Source of the DNA: Cladosporium halotolerans | Lineage: Eukaryota | Direction: 5' to 3' | Length of the DNA: 64,000 bases | Assembly (NCBI RefSeq): GCF_011745625.1 | Contig: NW_027191458.1 | Span: forward strand, 186,001 to 250,000 | Part shown: one piece after another, positions 1 through 13,200 of the stretch | Position numbering within the stretch: the first letter of the stretch is position 1 | Layout of the letters: the number at the start of each line of letters is the position of its first letter | Position numbers and translations under genes: made by a program | The notes under the pieces: model-generated | Databases searched by the model: none | What the model saw: only the letters and a program-made list of their open reading frames with translations | What the model was told of the DNA's origin: nothing

Positions 1-145
1 GTCGCTGTCGGGGAACGAGGCCGTCAGTGCCGTGCCTGAGCATCGAACATCCCTTATCTCTATAAGAGAGCCCTCGAGCACCAACGTATCCAAGCAGATA
101 TAAAATCCAGAGCACCATCGACATTTCGATCAGAACTCTTCCACC

Positions 146-1348
146 ATGCCCAAGGGAAACTCTCAGCCTGCGCCTGTCAACGCATTCGCTCGGCTCGCAG
201 TCGCTCAAGCATACGTCGCAGCCAACCGGAAGGGAGCTACCATGCCTGCGACTACTCGCTCGCAGAACCGTGCTACCTACACGGCTTCTCCTCAAGCCCA
301 AGCTGGCTCTTCGAGGAGCGGTCAGACGCGTGTTGTCACGCCGGGCACGCCTCTATCAACCGCCCAAGGTGACGATGAGGACAGCGACACCGACACCGAC
401 AGCGACGGGGACGATAGCGATGACGAAAGCGAAGATAGCGACGATAGTGACGAAAGCGATGACGAGGACGATGATGAAACGATTGTAAGCAACATCTTTG
501 CAATCGGAGAACCAAACGGGCTCGTTAGAAAGGAAAACATGCTGGGCCATCCGACATCGTAAGTGACATCAAGGATCCTTCTATACATCGTCTGACCCTC
601 AACAGTGCTGAGTATGCGGGACTCGTACGAGTCGTAGCCGACTTTGCGGCTGAGAACTCTGACTTCCTCAAAGCTCTCAAAGCCCGCGTGAAAGTCCCCA
701 GCGACCAATGGAGCAAGCTCATGGCCAGGCGTCTCAGGACCCGTTGGGAGACGACGATGCTTCGCTTTGATCGCAACCCGTCCGACCCATCGAACCGGTA
801 CGACGTCATCAACACCGCCCAACGCCTTAAGAATCTTGCGGGCGCCATCAAGCGCATGACGCGTGCCACGTACTGGGAGGCCATGAGGCTCGACACCAGG
901 ATGGAGTTCTTCAGCCTCCTGCTAGACATCATCCGGGACGTTGTCCGTCGCGACAGGGACCACTACGGGGGCCGCGGCTCGCCGTACGCCCTGCAGTCGG
1001 CCATCGACGTCAATCTGTACCAGCGCCTGATCGGACAATCCCAGGACGTCTTCGCCGTCAAAGTCCTCAGGATCATGATAAAGCGGGAGCTCGGCGTGCC
1101 GCTGTTGAGGCAGATCGCGTACGTCGACGAGATTATCCACGAGCTGAGCCGCCGTCCCAATGCGCGTCCTGGGAGTTCTGTGTCGGGCCGCTCGTCGGCT
1201 TCGTCGGGATCATCGGGGGTCGCGACAAGCTTTGGCGGAGTTTTGTTGAAGCTGCGAGAGAGTGAGTCGACTCCTTAAATTTCGCTGTCAATGTCCGTTG
1301 CTTTTCTAACATTGCTGCCCAGAATTGATCCAACAGCGCGAGCAGTGA
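146..1348 (+). CDS. Hypothetical protein with acidic D/E/S tract; predicted exons 146-558, 606-1261, 1323-1348
   Basis: ORFs 146..562 and 688..1278 join in frame through intron 559-605 (GTAAGT...CTGAC...AACAG). A second intron, 1262-1322 (GTGAGT...CTAAC...CCCAG), gives the ending KLIQQREQ*. No family recognised. Confidence 0.6.
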
Positions 1349-1935
1349 AGGTAGGAGACATACGTCGGCTCAAGCGTGTTCGATACGCGGCAACCATTCG
1401 CTCTTTTCGTCAAAGCCCTACTCTCGGTCTGGTCTTCTGGCGTTCGGGTTGGTTTCGGTTTTCATACAGGATTTTGAAATTGCTCACGCGATGGTCAGTG
1501 AATCTTTCGGTCGCTCATTTTTCTAATCAATCTAAAATATCTCCGCTCCTTCATTTGGATCATGATACCTATGCCTCGTGCGTCACAGTACTGTTGAGTC
1601 ATCATCGTCGTCTCGCTTCTGAAGATGTATCTGCCTGGGAGCCGCAATCTTCCGAAGTAAAAAGATGCAGGTCACGTTTCTGCGAAAACAAAGAATCTCA
1701 TCTAATGTCAACGTTGGGCAGGTCACGTGCACAGCCTGATGTGGCGCAGCCCTTCTTCAAGCCTCATCCCCCGCAAGTCCAACGTCGTCACCAGGACGTC
1801 CCACGCGCTCTCTAGCGCTTTCTACGCCGCCGCCTCACACTCCGACGTACCTACATCGACATACTACTCGCACGAAGTCACCGTCGACAACATCTGGATC
1901 TACCTATCACGGTCTTTCGAGGCATCACACACACC

Positions 1936-2860
1936 ATGGCGGCGAACACACGATACCAAGACGTTCCCCAGCGCGACAGCTTCGAGGAAGCAGGCTACAG
2001 CCAGCCGCCTCCTTCATACCAGGCTGAACCCGTGCCTGGAGACTCCCGATCTGAAGACGACAATGTCCCTGATGACTTCAAGGTGAGCATTTGAGAAGCG
2101 CAACAACCACGAAAGCAGTGTGCTGACCACACAACAGTTCGGCGGCTCAGTCGCAGAAGCGACCCTGCCCATTCGCATGCAGTTCATCCGCAAGGTCTAC
2201 GCGATCCTCACCCTGCAAATCCTCCTCACGACAGCCCTCAGCTCCATCAGCTTCTTCTCCGAGCCGTACAAGAGATGGATCCAGACCAACCAATGGATGA
2301 TGTGGGTCAGCTTGTTCGGCGCGATCGGCTTCATGCTGCTCACATACTGGAAGCGCAAGAGCTATGTAAGTACATCCCCATCAGCAGCGCATCAGCCCTT
2401 ACAAGACTAACACCCCACTTAGCCCATGAATCTTGCCTTCCTCGCAGTCTTCACCGGTCTCGAAGCCTACAGCGTCTCCGTGATCACCAGCATGTTCGAA
2501 TCGCGCATCGTCCTGCAAGCCCTGATCTTCACCTTTGGCATCTTCATCGCCCTCACGCTCTTTGCCTGCCAGACCAAGTACGACTTCACCAGCTGGATGC
2601 CGTACCTGTTCGGCGCGCTGTGGGTGCTGATTATCTTCGGCTTCATGGCGGCTTTCTTCCCCAAGTCCAGCGGCGTCGAGCTGGGCTACGGCGTGGTCGC
2701 TGCGCTGATCTTCTCGGGTTACATTCTGGTTGACACACAGCTTGTGATCCGCCACTACCATGTTGAAGAGGAGATTGCTGCTGCGATCAGCCTGTACCTT
2801 GACATCCTCAACTTGTTTCTGGCGATCTTGAGGATCCTGAACAGCCAGAACAACAACTAG
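1936..2860 (+). CDS. BXI1: Bax inhibitor-1 / TMBIM family membrane protein; exons 1936-2082, 2138-2365, 2423-2860
   Basis: Motifs DDFKFGGSVAEATLPIRMQFIRKVYAILT and EEEIAAAISLYLDILNLFLAILRIL, about 7 hydrophobic helices, and two canonical introns that keep the frame. Confidence 0.93.
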
Positions 2861-3155
2861 TGTTTCTCCCTTTTGTCCGAATTTCTCGCGCTCTAGACTG
2901 TCTGTTTGGGTAATCCGTAATTAGTATCAGGCTGTGACACTGGAAATCAGGATGGCGTTCGGGTCACAATTACTTTAGTTGGAATAATTGGAACAAGTCT
3001 CAAGAAGGGCACTTCAGACTCGCTCAAACACCGTACACAACATGTCATCGTAGTATTAAGATCTATACGTCTAAGCGTGTGTCACAGCAATATATGCAAC
3101 CCGTCTCCATCGTCATCAAGATTACCTCCTCTCAGCCTGACACTCTGACATCTCT

Positions 3156-3818
3156 TCACCTCCCCTCCGCAACATCCTTGACCCTCGCCTCAAACGCCTC
3201 AATCATCTTATCCGCCACCATCGGTGCCATCACCGCGCTCACGCTCGCCAACCGTGGCTCCGCAAACTCAAACTCAACCTTCAAGCTAACCTCCGTGCTC
3301 TCCCCCCGCGGCTCCAAACTCCACCTCGTCGCCAACCTCTTCAGCACCCTCTCATCCCTCGTCGGATCCCCCTCCACCGGCCCACGCGCACTATGATGCG
3401 CGACCTCCTCATCCGACAGCGCCGTCTCGCTCTGCCCGGCCACAGCCTCGACAACCCTCTCCGGCGCGCAGTAAACGCGGCTCCAGAAGGCCTCGCTCAG
3501 GCCGCCATTGAAGCCGATCTGCAGCTCCGCTTCCTCGGGGTAGCGCTTGCCGTCTGCGGCGGTCGGGGCGGAGGTCTTGGTCACGCGCGAGGAGCGGCAG
3601 TAGGGGATGAAGGCGCTGTAGGAGGCGACGTCGGAGATGGTCTGGTAGATGACGCGGGCGGGGTAGGGGAGGGTTCGCGAGGCGGAGATGGTTTGCGGGC
3701 CGGGGTTGGGGAGGAAGTTGGAGAGGAAGGTGCGGGTTTGTTGGTGGTGGTGAGGGTTCGGGCGCTGGATGAGTGGTCGGAAGGTGTTGAGGAAGGGTCG
3801 GAGGGTTTTGGTGGCCAT
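3156..3818 (-). CDS. COQ10: Coenzyme Q-binding START-domain protein, mitochondrial
   Basis: Arg-rich, acid-free presequence; RTLPYP..IY..ISDVASYSAFIPYC..S motif; C-terminal VADKMIEAFEARV. Confidence 0.87.
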   Translation of the reverse strand: MATKTLRPFLNTFRPLIQRPNPHHHQQTRTFLSNFLPNPGPQTISASRTLPYPARVIYQTISDVASYSAFIPYCRSSRVTKTSAPTAADGKRYPEEAELQIGFNGGLSEAFWSRVYCAPERVVEAVAGQSETALSDEEVAHHSARGPVEGDPTRDERVLKRLATRWSLEPRGESTEVSLKVEFEFAEPRLASVSAVMAPMVADKMIEAFEARVKDVAEGR

Positions 3819-4190
3819 GTTGGAGGCGTGGGGATCAGGTTGTTGTAAGTGAGATGCTGGTTCGGCTGGCGAATGAAGTGATGCTGTGTATGAATGAAGA
3901 GAAACGAATGGTGGTTTCGCGAAACAACGGCAAACAAGAGAACGCTCAAATGCTAGAGGACGGTGACGATGAAATCATTAGTCGTCGTTCTGGTGATCTT
4001 CCTCCGCAATTAAGTTCCGCAGATTGGGTTCGGGACCGGCGGGCAGATCCGAGACACTGCTTTCAGGGTCCAAACGGGCGGCGTGGGATTTGTGGAGGCT
4101 TGCGAAAGTTGAAGGAAGAAATTCCTGGCCGTTGACTCGAATCGGGCGAACACTGCAGAGAACACAAAAAGGTTGCAGTAATAGAGCAAA

Positions 4191-5387
4191 ATGGCTGAAT
4201 CAAGACAAGACGAGACAACTTTGCCTGTCAGGCAAAAGCAGCCCCGTCAACAATTGACGAAAGGAATGGAGCACATGAGGGAGTACGTGGCGATCGACGA
4301 CTCCAACAAAACCTCTCAGCAGCAAGCAGAAGAAGACGCCTACGGAGTGCCAGCAACGATCGAACCGATTCGAAAGCCCGCCACAGACTCGCAAAGCAAC
4401 CCTCAAAAGCGAAGCGACCCTTTCCAATTCGGCACGCGGTACCTGGAAGAAGGCGACGACATCTTCGCGCACAATGCGTGGGACCACGTCGAAGTCGACC
4501 CGCAGTACACCGAGTTCATCGCAGCGCAGACCATCTTCCAGCGCGAGAACCAGGTCTCTGATTTCGACAAGAAGCGGTTCAACGACAAGCCCGAGAAGTG
4601 GTGGGACAAGTTCTACTCCAACAACCAGGCCAACTTCTTCAAGGACCGCAAGTGGTTGACTCAGGAATTTCCTGTGCTCGCCGAAGTGACCAAAGCCGAC
4701 CATGGGCCCTGCACCGTCCTCGAAGTCGGCGCCGGAGCCGGCAACACCGCCTTCCCCGTCCTCGCGATGAACTCTAACCCAGGCCTGAAACTGCACGCAT
4801 GCGACTACAGCGCCAAAGCCATCGACGTGATCCGCTCGCAGGAAGCCTACACATCACAACAGGAGCCGAGAGTCCTCCAGGCAGATGTCTGGGACGCAGC
4901 CGGTGAGGTTCTTCCACCAGGCCTGAAACCCGGATCCGTAGACTTGATCGTCATGATTTTCATCTTTTCCGCGCTGTCGCCCGATCAATGGGCGCAGGCG
5001 GTGCGCAATGTGCACACTCTGCTCAAGCCTGGCGGTGAGGTGCTCTTCCGCGACTACGGGCGTGGCGACCTGGCCCAGGTGCGGTTCAAGAAGGGCCGGT
5101 ATTTGGACGAGAACTTCTACGTGCGCGGCGATGGCACAAGGGTGTATTTCTTTGAGGAAGACGAGTTGCGCGAAATCTGGTCTGGAAACATCCCTGCCAA
5201 CTCAAAGGATGAAGGCGAGGCTCCAACGAAGGTTCAGGTGCCGGGGCTGCAAGTGTTAAATCTGGCGGTTGATAGACGCATGCTGGTGAACCGTCAGAGG
5301 AAGATCAAGATGTACCGTTGCTGGATGCAGGGTCGCTTCCGGAAGGCTTCAAACGAGAACGAGAACGGAGAGGCTGCCAAGGCATGA
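4191..5387 (+). CDS. TRM140: tRNA N3-methylcytidine (m3C32) methyltransferase, Trm140/METTL2 family
   Basis: HNAWDHVE, WDKFY..N..NFFKDRKWL..EFP, SAM motif LEVGAGAGNT, FRDYGRGDLAQVRF, YVRGDGTRVYFF, MYRCWMQ. Confidence 0.93.
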   Translation: MAESRQDETTLPVRQKQPRQQLTKGMEHMREYVAIDDSNKTSQQQAEEDAYGVPATIEPIRKPATDSQSNPQKRSDPFQFGTRYLEEGDDIFAHNAWDHVEVDPQYTEFIAAQTIFQRENQVSDFDKKRFNDKPEKWWDKFYSNNQANFFKDRKWLTQEFPVLAEVTKADHGPCTVLEVGAGAGNTAFPVLAMNSNPGLKLHACDYSAKAIDVIRSQEAYTSQQEPRVLQADVWDAAGEVLPPGLKPGSVDLIVMIFIFSALSPDQWAQAVRNVHTLLKPGGEVLFRDYGRGDLAQVRFKKGRYLDENFYVRGDGTRVYFFEEDELREIWSGNIPANSKDEGEAPTKVQVPGLQVLNLAVDRRMLVNRQRKIKMYRCWMQGRFRKASNENENGEAAKA

Positions 5388-8300
5388 TTGTACTCATGAC
5401 TGCCGCGGGCAAACAATGATGAGATGAGGCATTACGAGCTTGGCTCTATCATGATGATGATGACCGTACGACCAGTTAAACGCTAGAAGTTGGCGTGATC
5501 GCCGGGAAATGGCTCAGGGACTCGCCACAGTCAACATCGCAAGTGTTGAACATCTACAGGATGCAACAAGAAGCCAGCCATAATACAGAGGCAAAGTGGC
5601 GGAATTTGTAGGGGGATCGCATTCTCAAATAACTCACATGGTCAGTCAATTAGCTAGCTACCAGAACTGCCTCAGACCGCGTCCCTCCGAGACACCATGC
5701 GTTTAACACAGTCGGTTCTGTATCAAGAGGTCGACGAGAAAAAAATTCCAAAGTACGCACATGACGACTTAGATGCCGCATGACCCGCTCACTATACTCA
5801 CCATGTCGCTTGCGCTGTCATCCAACTCAAGTACTCGCAACCCGCTGGGCAATATTGATCTCTCACCTTCAGCCTTCTCTAATCTCCACATTCAACACCA
5901 TTTCCCATTTAAACAACAGCGGCATCGAAACCATCAAGGTATATAGCGATGTCGTCTACACCCACGACGTCGACGGCTCGACGCTCCTCTAGTAGGCTTC
6001 AACGTCTCATGTCGCCCAGCCACCGCAACCGCATCTCTTCCTCTTACAGGATCACACCACACGCGCACGCAAGAGGGCTCATGGAAAACTCGACGGAGCA
6101 TCAAATGAATTTTCAGGTGGGCCAGCCACCGAAAGAGGCCACGGTCATCTATAGCACGCAGGGAGCACCATCGACACCACCTTTCAACTTGTCAACACCA
6201 CTTGATAATCCCGGTTCCTCACAAGCTTGCGGGTTTTCCGAGCTGCACCATCTTACTGGACCGTCTAGGACCATACAAACTGATTGATGGCGACTCCGAG
6301 TACATTCGCACCATATTTGTAATACAGCTTGCCAAGCTTGGTCGCCAGAACCGCCGCCCGCCTCACCAATCCACCTTATTTGATGGCCACGTTAGCAGGA
6401 CATTGCTGTGGATAGCGTGTCCCCGCAGCCATCTACCAGAGTAGCTCGAAGGAACTCGCACGTGGTGATCTCTCCATGGCCACTTTAGAAGGCTTAAAGC
6501 AAGACGGAGGACCTCATCGCTGGATGCTTAGAGAATCTAGACGTCTCGATCGCTGAAGGCCTGTTGGCTTTGTGCAGATCTCACAAAGAGAAGACCTGGC
6601 TTTTCCGCCTCTACCCAAGGAGTTTCTCCATGGCATGAGCTAGCATATATACAACTCATCGAAAACGGTCAACAAATCACCAACAATGCTTACTGCGAGC
6701 TGGGCCTCGCGTGCGCGAGCCCGGAAAGCACACCGGCGAGACCAAGACACGCCTACCATTGAATTATGGGGACCAAGTGGCGCCTACCGTCCGTGGTGCG
6801 CGAAGTATTCGACCTTAAGCCGTCAGCAAAATCACCAAGCCCTTTGTACAATTCGAGCGCGTCGAATGTGGCAAGAAATTCCAACAGCTGAGCACCCTTC
6901 GTACCCATCAATTTACACAGCTTGACGTAGCGGTAGATGAATGTCAAGACCAGACTCAAGCATCCAACCCTCAGGATCCTCATTAATATCTCGAGCGCAA
7001 ACGGTACAGAATCCGACATACAAGAGGTTGAAACAAAAGGCGGCCGAGGAAGGATCGGACACTGCGTTTCCACCCAGTAATGCCGTACCACAACTGTACG
7101 ATGAAGCATTGAGTCACTGTTTCCCATTTGATCCTGCACTGAAAACGATTCCATTACGACTATCACCACCATCATAAATGTGTACCGAGAATGCCTCGCG
7201 CCCTCCATCCTAAATCTGAGGTCTATTAGTTGCCGTGATAAATTAGTTATGGTGGAATCTCTCTCCTCTCCATAAGAAAAGGAACGGTAATGTGCTACCT
7301 TCTTTTCTAGACTACTGAGGTCACACCTTCCCTCAGAAAGACTGGCATCTCATGGATACCCCGAATACGCAACGTTACTAGGACCGTGAAGCCTGTAAAC
7401 TTCCGGGTAAAGGTCAACCCCTAAAATCACCAATTCTGCCCTGCCCTCGAACACCTTTCGCAAAATCACTAGACAGCTATATTGCGATATATAGCCTTTT
7501 CCTTGACGACCGGGAGTCGACACAGAACGGCTGCGACAAAGTGTCTACTCAACCACTCCGGAGCCCTCCGCTAATTTGCTCGCCTGAGGCACCTAAATAT
7601 ATCGACACCCCGAGAATACCGACGTTTCAAAACGATTAGGGAGTCGATCAAACGATCGACCGACAGACAAAAGCTCATCACGCCACGCCACGCCGACAGC
7701 CACGCACACCCATGATGAAGCCCTGACGGTCGGGTGATATCGCGGTGATCGAAATGCCGATAGACAGAAATGCCTAAACATGAGTCCACTAAAAACAAAA
7801 CCCGCAAATGTCCGCTCTCCTGATATCAGACGTGCCCACATGCCCTATTCATCAGCGCAGTATTGCTCAACAATGATGATAGATGAAGAGAGAGATATGC
7901 AATCCAAATGCTGAAACGCCTCGCCGGCGATCCCGCCCCGCGCCGTCGTCGCACGCGCGCAGATCCGTCCGCGAAGACTCACCCTCGTCTCGCAGATTCG
8001 CACCTCGAGATGATGATTGCCGTTCTCCTGAGAGTCAGAACTCCGCTCTTCTACAGTAGTACATAAAGTTACTGAATTGCAAACTACTACCTTACTCAAA
8101 AGACGATGATCTCCCACCAGGATGCCGCCAGCGGGGCACCTCGGCTCGCCGCGTCTGGAGACGAGACAAGGGCTCGCAATCATGGCGCAATCAAGGCGAA
8201 ACGCGCAACGAGCCGATCGCAGAGTGCACGCGCGGAGGCCCGTGGGCGCTGGGCGCAGGATCATTTGGCTGGCGAGGAGGGGAGGAGGAGGTCATCTGTG

Positions 8301-10201
8301 GCGAGTGATGCGGGTAGCCGCGTGGATGGATGGGTTGATCTATTGTATTTACTGTATGTATCGATGTGTGAGGTCGTCCGTCACGCCTCACGCCACGGCG
8401 GTCGATGGCTGGAACGCCCTCGGACGCCAGACCACGTGCGCGCCGGTTCAGGACATCTGCATACAGTGCAGTACCGCAGTGTCGTGGCGAGCGGTTCGCG
8501 CGCCGGGAAGAGAAGAGATAAAGTTCGGCGCAGGGCCAGGGCAGAGCAGGGCCCTGAGGCCGTTTGCGGACGGGGGACTGATGATCTGCTCGGCTGCTGC
8601 GCGGACCCCCCGAGTCAATGCTTAAGCGAGAGGAGGGCTGGCGAATGGCCGCGGTCATGGACCTGGCGCGGCGCGCTGGATTGGGCAGTTGCCCTACGTG
8701 GCTTGGGCGAGGCGAGCGGTGGGCGAGACGATGGAGAGGCGCCCCGAGGTAGTGGTGAAGTCAGCAGATTGTTCGGGGTTCAGGGGGCACGGTAAGGTAG
8801 GCGACGGCGCGCCTCAACAGTTCGGCGAGAGGGCTTGCGGGCGAGCGAGCGAGGAGAGCCACGCCCGGTCGCCTTGTCACTTCAGCTGCGTGCGGGGAAA
8901 GTCGCCGGGAGAGATGCGGTGCAGGCGAAGGGACAGGCGTGGCGCAGGGCGAGTGGATATGAGGTTTGTGATACCACGCGTGTGTGATTGATATGCGTGG
9001 GCTGCGGGAGTGCGTGCAGGATGGCACTGGTGCCTGCGTGCCGAAGGATCTGAGACTGCAGCCAGGCTCGCTTGCTTGGGGGAGCGAACGGCGTGCCTGG
9101 CGCGCTCGCCGCTGGGCACGGAGCCACAATTATCTGGAGCCGTGGTGGAGAGGAAGAATTACGGAGATTGGCTCGGACGGGTTCGGTGCGTAGCGGGCTG
9201 CGATCAATAGGTTCGGTACGCTTTCGAGTCAAGCCAGCGTGACAGACGGCTGACAGAAGTCTCGCGGGCGGGGAGGTGGGTATGCCAGAGCCGTGGTCAG
9301 GGTACGCTGGCACAGTAGGCGTGCGCCTGATATATCCATGTCGATGTTTGCGCTTTTGAAGACCGGCGTAATCGTAGACGATTGCACGCACCTTATATTC
9401 GGCTCTGCTACTGGACGGCAAGCGAGAGCAGCGTGAGACACACAGACGACTATCGAAGCGTGTCAACACCCCGCGCAAATCGGAGGGTGCACCGGCCGGG
9501 TAGAGACAGGGCCTTTGCACCGGGTGGGTCGTGGCTGTCATCGAATCTTGGTGGATTTGCTGCCAGGACTGCTCCCAGGAGGCGGCCCTGGAGAGAGGTG
9601 GTGTAGGCTCCGATAGGGCCCTGCCGTCGTACGTACTCGTACCAGCTCCTCTCTGCCAGGGCGCTCAGCTAAGGCGCACTGCTGTCAGCATCGCTCCCAC
9701 CACTGCTGACGGCGGCGCGTGGCAGCACGGCATTCTTGTTCCTGAGCGCCAGGCCCATCACTCCCGCTCCCGTCCATCGCAAGCAATTCCTCCCCCCTCG
9801 CCAGGCTGCAGTGCGACCGTGCCTTGGTGCAGCGCATCAACAGCCCAGCGGAGACGAGGTGCGCTAGCGTATACAATAGCCGGTCGTGCTTAAACCGTCC
9901 AGCGTGTGCGCGACTCGACGACTCCTCGACGCAGGAACAGCGTCAGGCGGCCTGCTGGCAGGTGTCTGTCCTCACCTCTCTCGCCGGCAGCCCGCGTGCC
10001 AATATCCCATCATCCTCGCCGCCTGCATCTACCTGCGGCAGCCCTCGCCAGGCCAGCACCCCCCGGCGGCGCACAGAGCTTGCGTCAAGTCTGTCTGCCG
10101 CATATCCTCCGTCGCCCGTTTAATCCAATCCTAAGCGCCGGCCTCTCATTGGCGACACCACGCCAGTCCGTCACAGCGCCGTCCACGGCGTCTGGGCGCA
10201 A

Positions 10202-13200
10202 ATGGCCTCCAACGAGTCGTCGAGGCTGCTTGCACACCAGCCCGACTCGACTCGCGACCACCGCGGCCACACCAGCTCGTTGCCCTCCCGCGCGCCCACC
10301 AGCCCGCTCGCTCTTTACGAGCCCGCCTCCACCACTCGCAGCCCGACCACGCCTCCCTCCGCCTCGACTCCCCCGACCCAGGCCTCGTCCTCCTCCAATC
10401 GCAGCGCATATGTGCCCAGCTGGCCTGACGCGACACCACCCTCTCCGGACCGAGTGCGTGTCCCCGACCCAGCCAAACGGGCAGCGCCCGACCCTCGCCT
10501 CGATGCCATTCGTGAAGCCGCTGCTGCAGATGCGCTGAAAGAGGAGCTGGCCCGGAAGGAACTTGCAGCTTCACAGGTGCAGGCGCAGGCCCAGGGACGC
10601 GCCGCCGTGACCGACACGATCACAGGCGAGCAATTCCAGACCGGCACCGCGCCGTCAAGCTCCCCTCAAGCGTCTCCCACCATGTCTTCGTCCTCGCGCC
10701 CTTCTCGGCAGGAGCCACCCGCGAACATGCCTCGAACCGCCTCCATAGACTCTACCGTATCCTCCCTATCCAGCGTTTCGACGTCACAAAAAACATCCGC
10801 ACCGAGTTCGTATCGTGTATCCGACAGCGCCGGCCCACAGGACGTCGCATCCGCGATTGCTGCAGCTGGCTCGCCAGAGGCTGCCATCCAAAAATTGCTG
10901 AGCGAAAAAGCCTCAGCAGCCTCACACAACGCCCAACTCTGGCGCCTCGTGGAAAAGCAAAGAGCTATGATTCTAGGTTTGAACAAGGATCTGGAGAAGT
11001 CATTAAAGGAGAAGGACCGCTACAGGAGAAAATTGAAGGAAAGCCTGGTTTCGTCGTCTTCTGCACCCGCTCTGACAGGGTCAGGTCAGACTCCTGCGGA
11101 GCTGGTGGCAAGAGATGATAGCGAATCCCCTGCGCTCCCCGACCGATCACGATCGTTAGCATCACACGCTGCTTTGCGGGATGGTGATTTGGACAGCCCG
11201 AAAGTCAGTGAGGGCTCAGAAGTGGCGTCGTCGTACATCAGTCGGTCAGACACCCCGCAAGGCCCGCGTGATGTAGATTCGCCTGCTGGAATACCCGTAG
11301 TCCAGACACCTACCGGTGCTGAGCTCGCCAATGGGGAGCTTGGAAAAGTTGGGGAGGACGCAAGGACGCACGATGCGGTGCCTGGCGTTAGCGAGCGAGC
11401 TGCGCCACTGGCGCAATTAGTCGCAAGCACCAGGTCACCTCCAGTGTCACCGAAGACACCGGAGCTACCACAAAGAGGCCATGTACCTTCGCTGTCGGTC
11501 TCATCGGCGACCAGCCCCACGTCAAATGCAGCGTCTTTCTCTGGAGCGTTTAAGGGAGCTTCACGGAAGGCGCCGCCTGCGCCCTTGAACTTGTCGCCCA
11601 AAGCTAAAGACCCGATGTCGCCGGCTTTCGTAGATGCATCGGAATCGGAATATGAAGAAGAACCGGAGAAGATCAGGGCTGATCGCGAGACGCGAGGAAG
11701 GCGAAAAACCCGCGAGGAGGACGATCGCGAGCGAGAGGTCCTGGCGCGTCAAGAAGACGAACACAGAAGTCAGTCGAACAAAAGCAAACACAGCAAGAGC
11801 AAGAGCAAGAGTAAGAGTCTGCCACCAGGCGAGAAGCCAGCGATAGTGGACGAACCAGGCGTCCCTCAAATCTATGCTGGCCACACACTTTCTGATTCGG
11901 TCCACGAGAGGCCACATGTTCCGACATATCAGCCTTCCGGCGACCCGGCCGCTATAATGAGCCAGCGCGCGGTCGCAGATCATCCTGGTATTTTACAGCG
12001 CAACGTGACTGCCCCGTCGCTCATGAGCCCAGGTCTACCTATGAGCCCCCGACCTGGAGATCGACCACCAAACTCACCGATGCCACGCGCACCCAACAAA
12101 GCTCTCAACTCCATGCCTCTATCGCCCAGATCAGGTCTACCTCTATCACCGCGCCCACCGAGACAACCTATCCCAATGCCCCCGCAGACACCCATGTCAT
12201 TCGCTTCGCCACATCTTCAACGTGCAGAAGCATATCATGCAGCACAGGCTTCTCACAGCTCAGTCGACAGCCGTGTCACAGATGGTTCCCCGGACCCAAG
12301 CCCTGAGAACGAACGCCCGTTGATATCCAGCGACCCGAAAGCTCCAGGTGAAGTGTACAAGGGGTTGATTACTGAACAGTATCCTGGACTCTTGTTGCCG
12401 CCCAATGCTCTTCCATCAATCTTCGTCAAGACCGCCTCGTCCCGTATGAAACCTTCACGACAGAGCTTCATGGCACCGAAGCATTTCGAAGAAAACCCCG
12501 TGTTCACATTGTCAATTCACTCCCGGTCTGACGGGAAGCAATTGTGGCGCGTAGAGAAGACGTTTGCGGCGATGGCGACATTGAATCATCAGATCCGTCT
12601 GGTGACAGCATTCCGAGACCGCTTGCCGGATCGGAATCTTTTCGCCGGCCACGCACCCGCAAAGATCGATGCGCGTCGACAGGCCTTGGACGCGTTCTTC
12701 GACAGAATGCTGGAGGCAATCCAGGATGAGCGTGCCGCTCACATTGTCTGCAAATTCTTGTCAGCCGAAGCCTTTGAGTCTGAGGGAGGAGACTACTTCC
12801 CTACAGTTGGAGACCGCAGACCTGACACTCCCGTTGGCAAAGGTCGCACTCGACGTGAAGGGTACTTGACAAAACGTGGCAAGAACTTCGGCGGTTGGAA
12901 GGCACGATATTTCGTGCTTGATGGGCCTAACTTGAAGTACTTCGAGGCCCCTGGCGGTGCCCAACTCGGATCCATCAAACTCCAAAACGCACAAATCGGC
13001 AAGCAGTCACCCGGAGCTAACAGCAGCGCGACTGAAGATGAGGAAAACCAGTTTAGGCACGCCTTCCTCATCCTGGAGCCGAAGCGAAAGGATTCTTCTA
13101 GTTTGGTTCGTCATGTTCTCTGCGCGGAGAGCGATGAGGAGCGCGACTCTTGGGTCGATGCACTCCTTCAATATGTGGACTGGCGGGACGACGGTGAGGA

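Noticed and set aside
4191..5387. Programmed +1 frameshift as in yeast ABP140
   Set aside because: The methyltransferase is one continuous ORF, with no upstream actin-binding ORF or CTTAGGC site evident.
5949..7177. Short ORFs after TRM140 as a gene or pseudogene
   Set aside because: Fragments in several frames with no recognisable motif or consistent splice model; cannot be supported without a homology search.
8106..10134. Numerous Arg/Ala/Pro-rich ORFs in the BEM3 upstream region, and likewise at 15800-18450
   Set aside because: GC-rich promoter/leader sequence; the ORFs overlap in all frames and lack protein-like composition.
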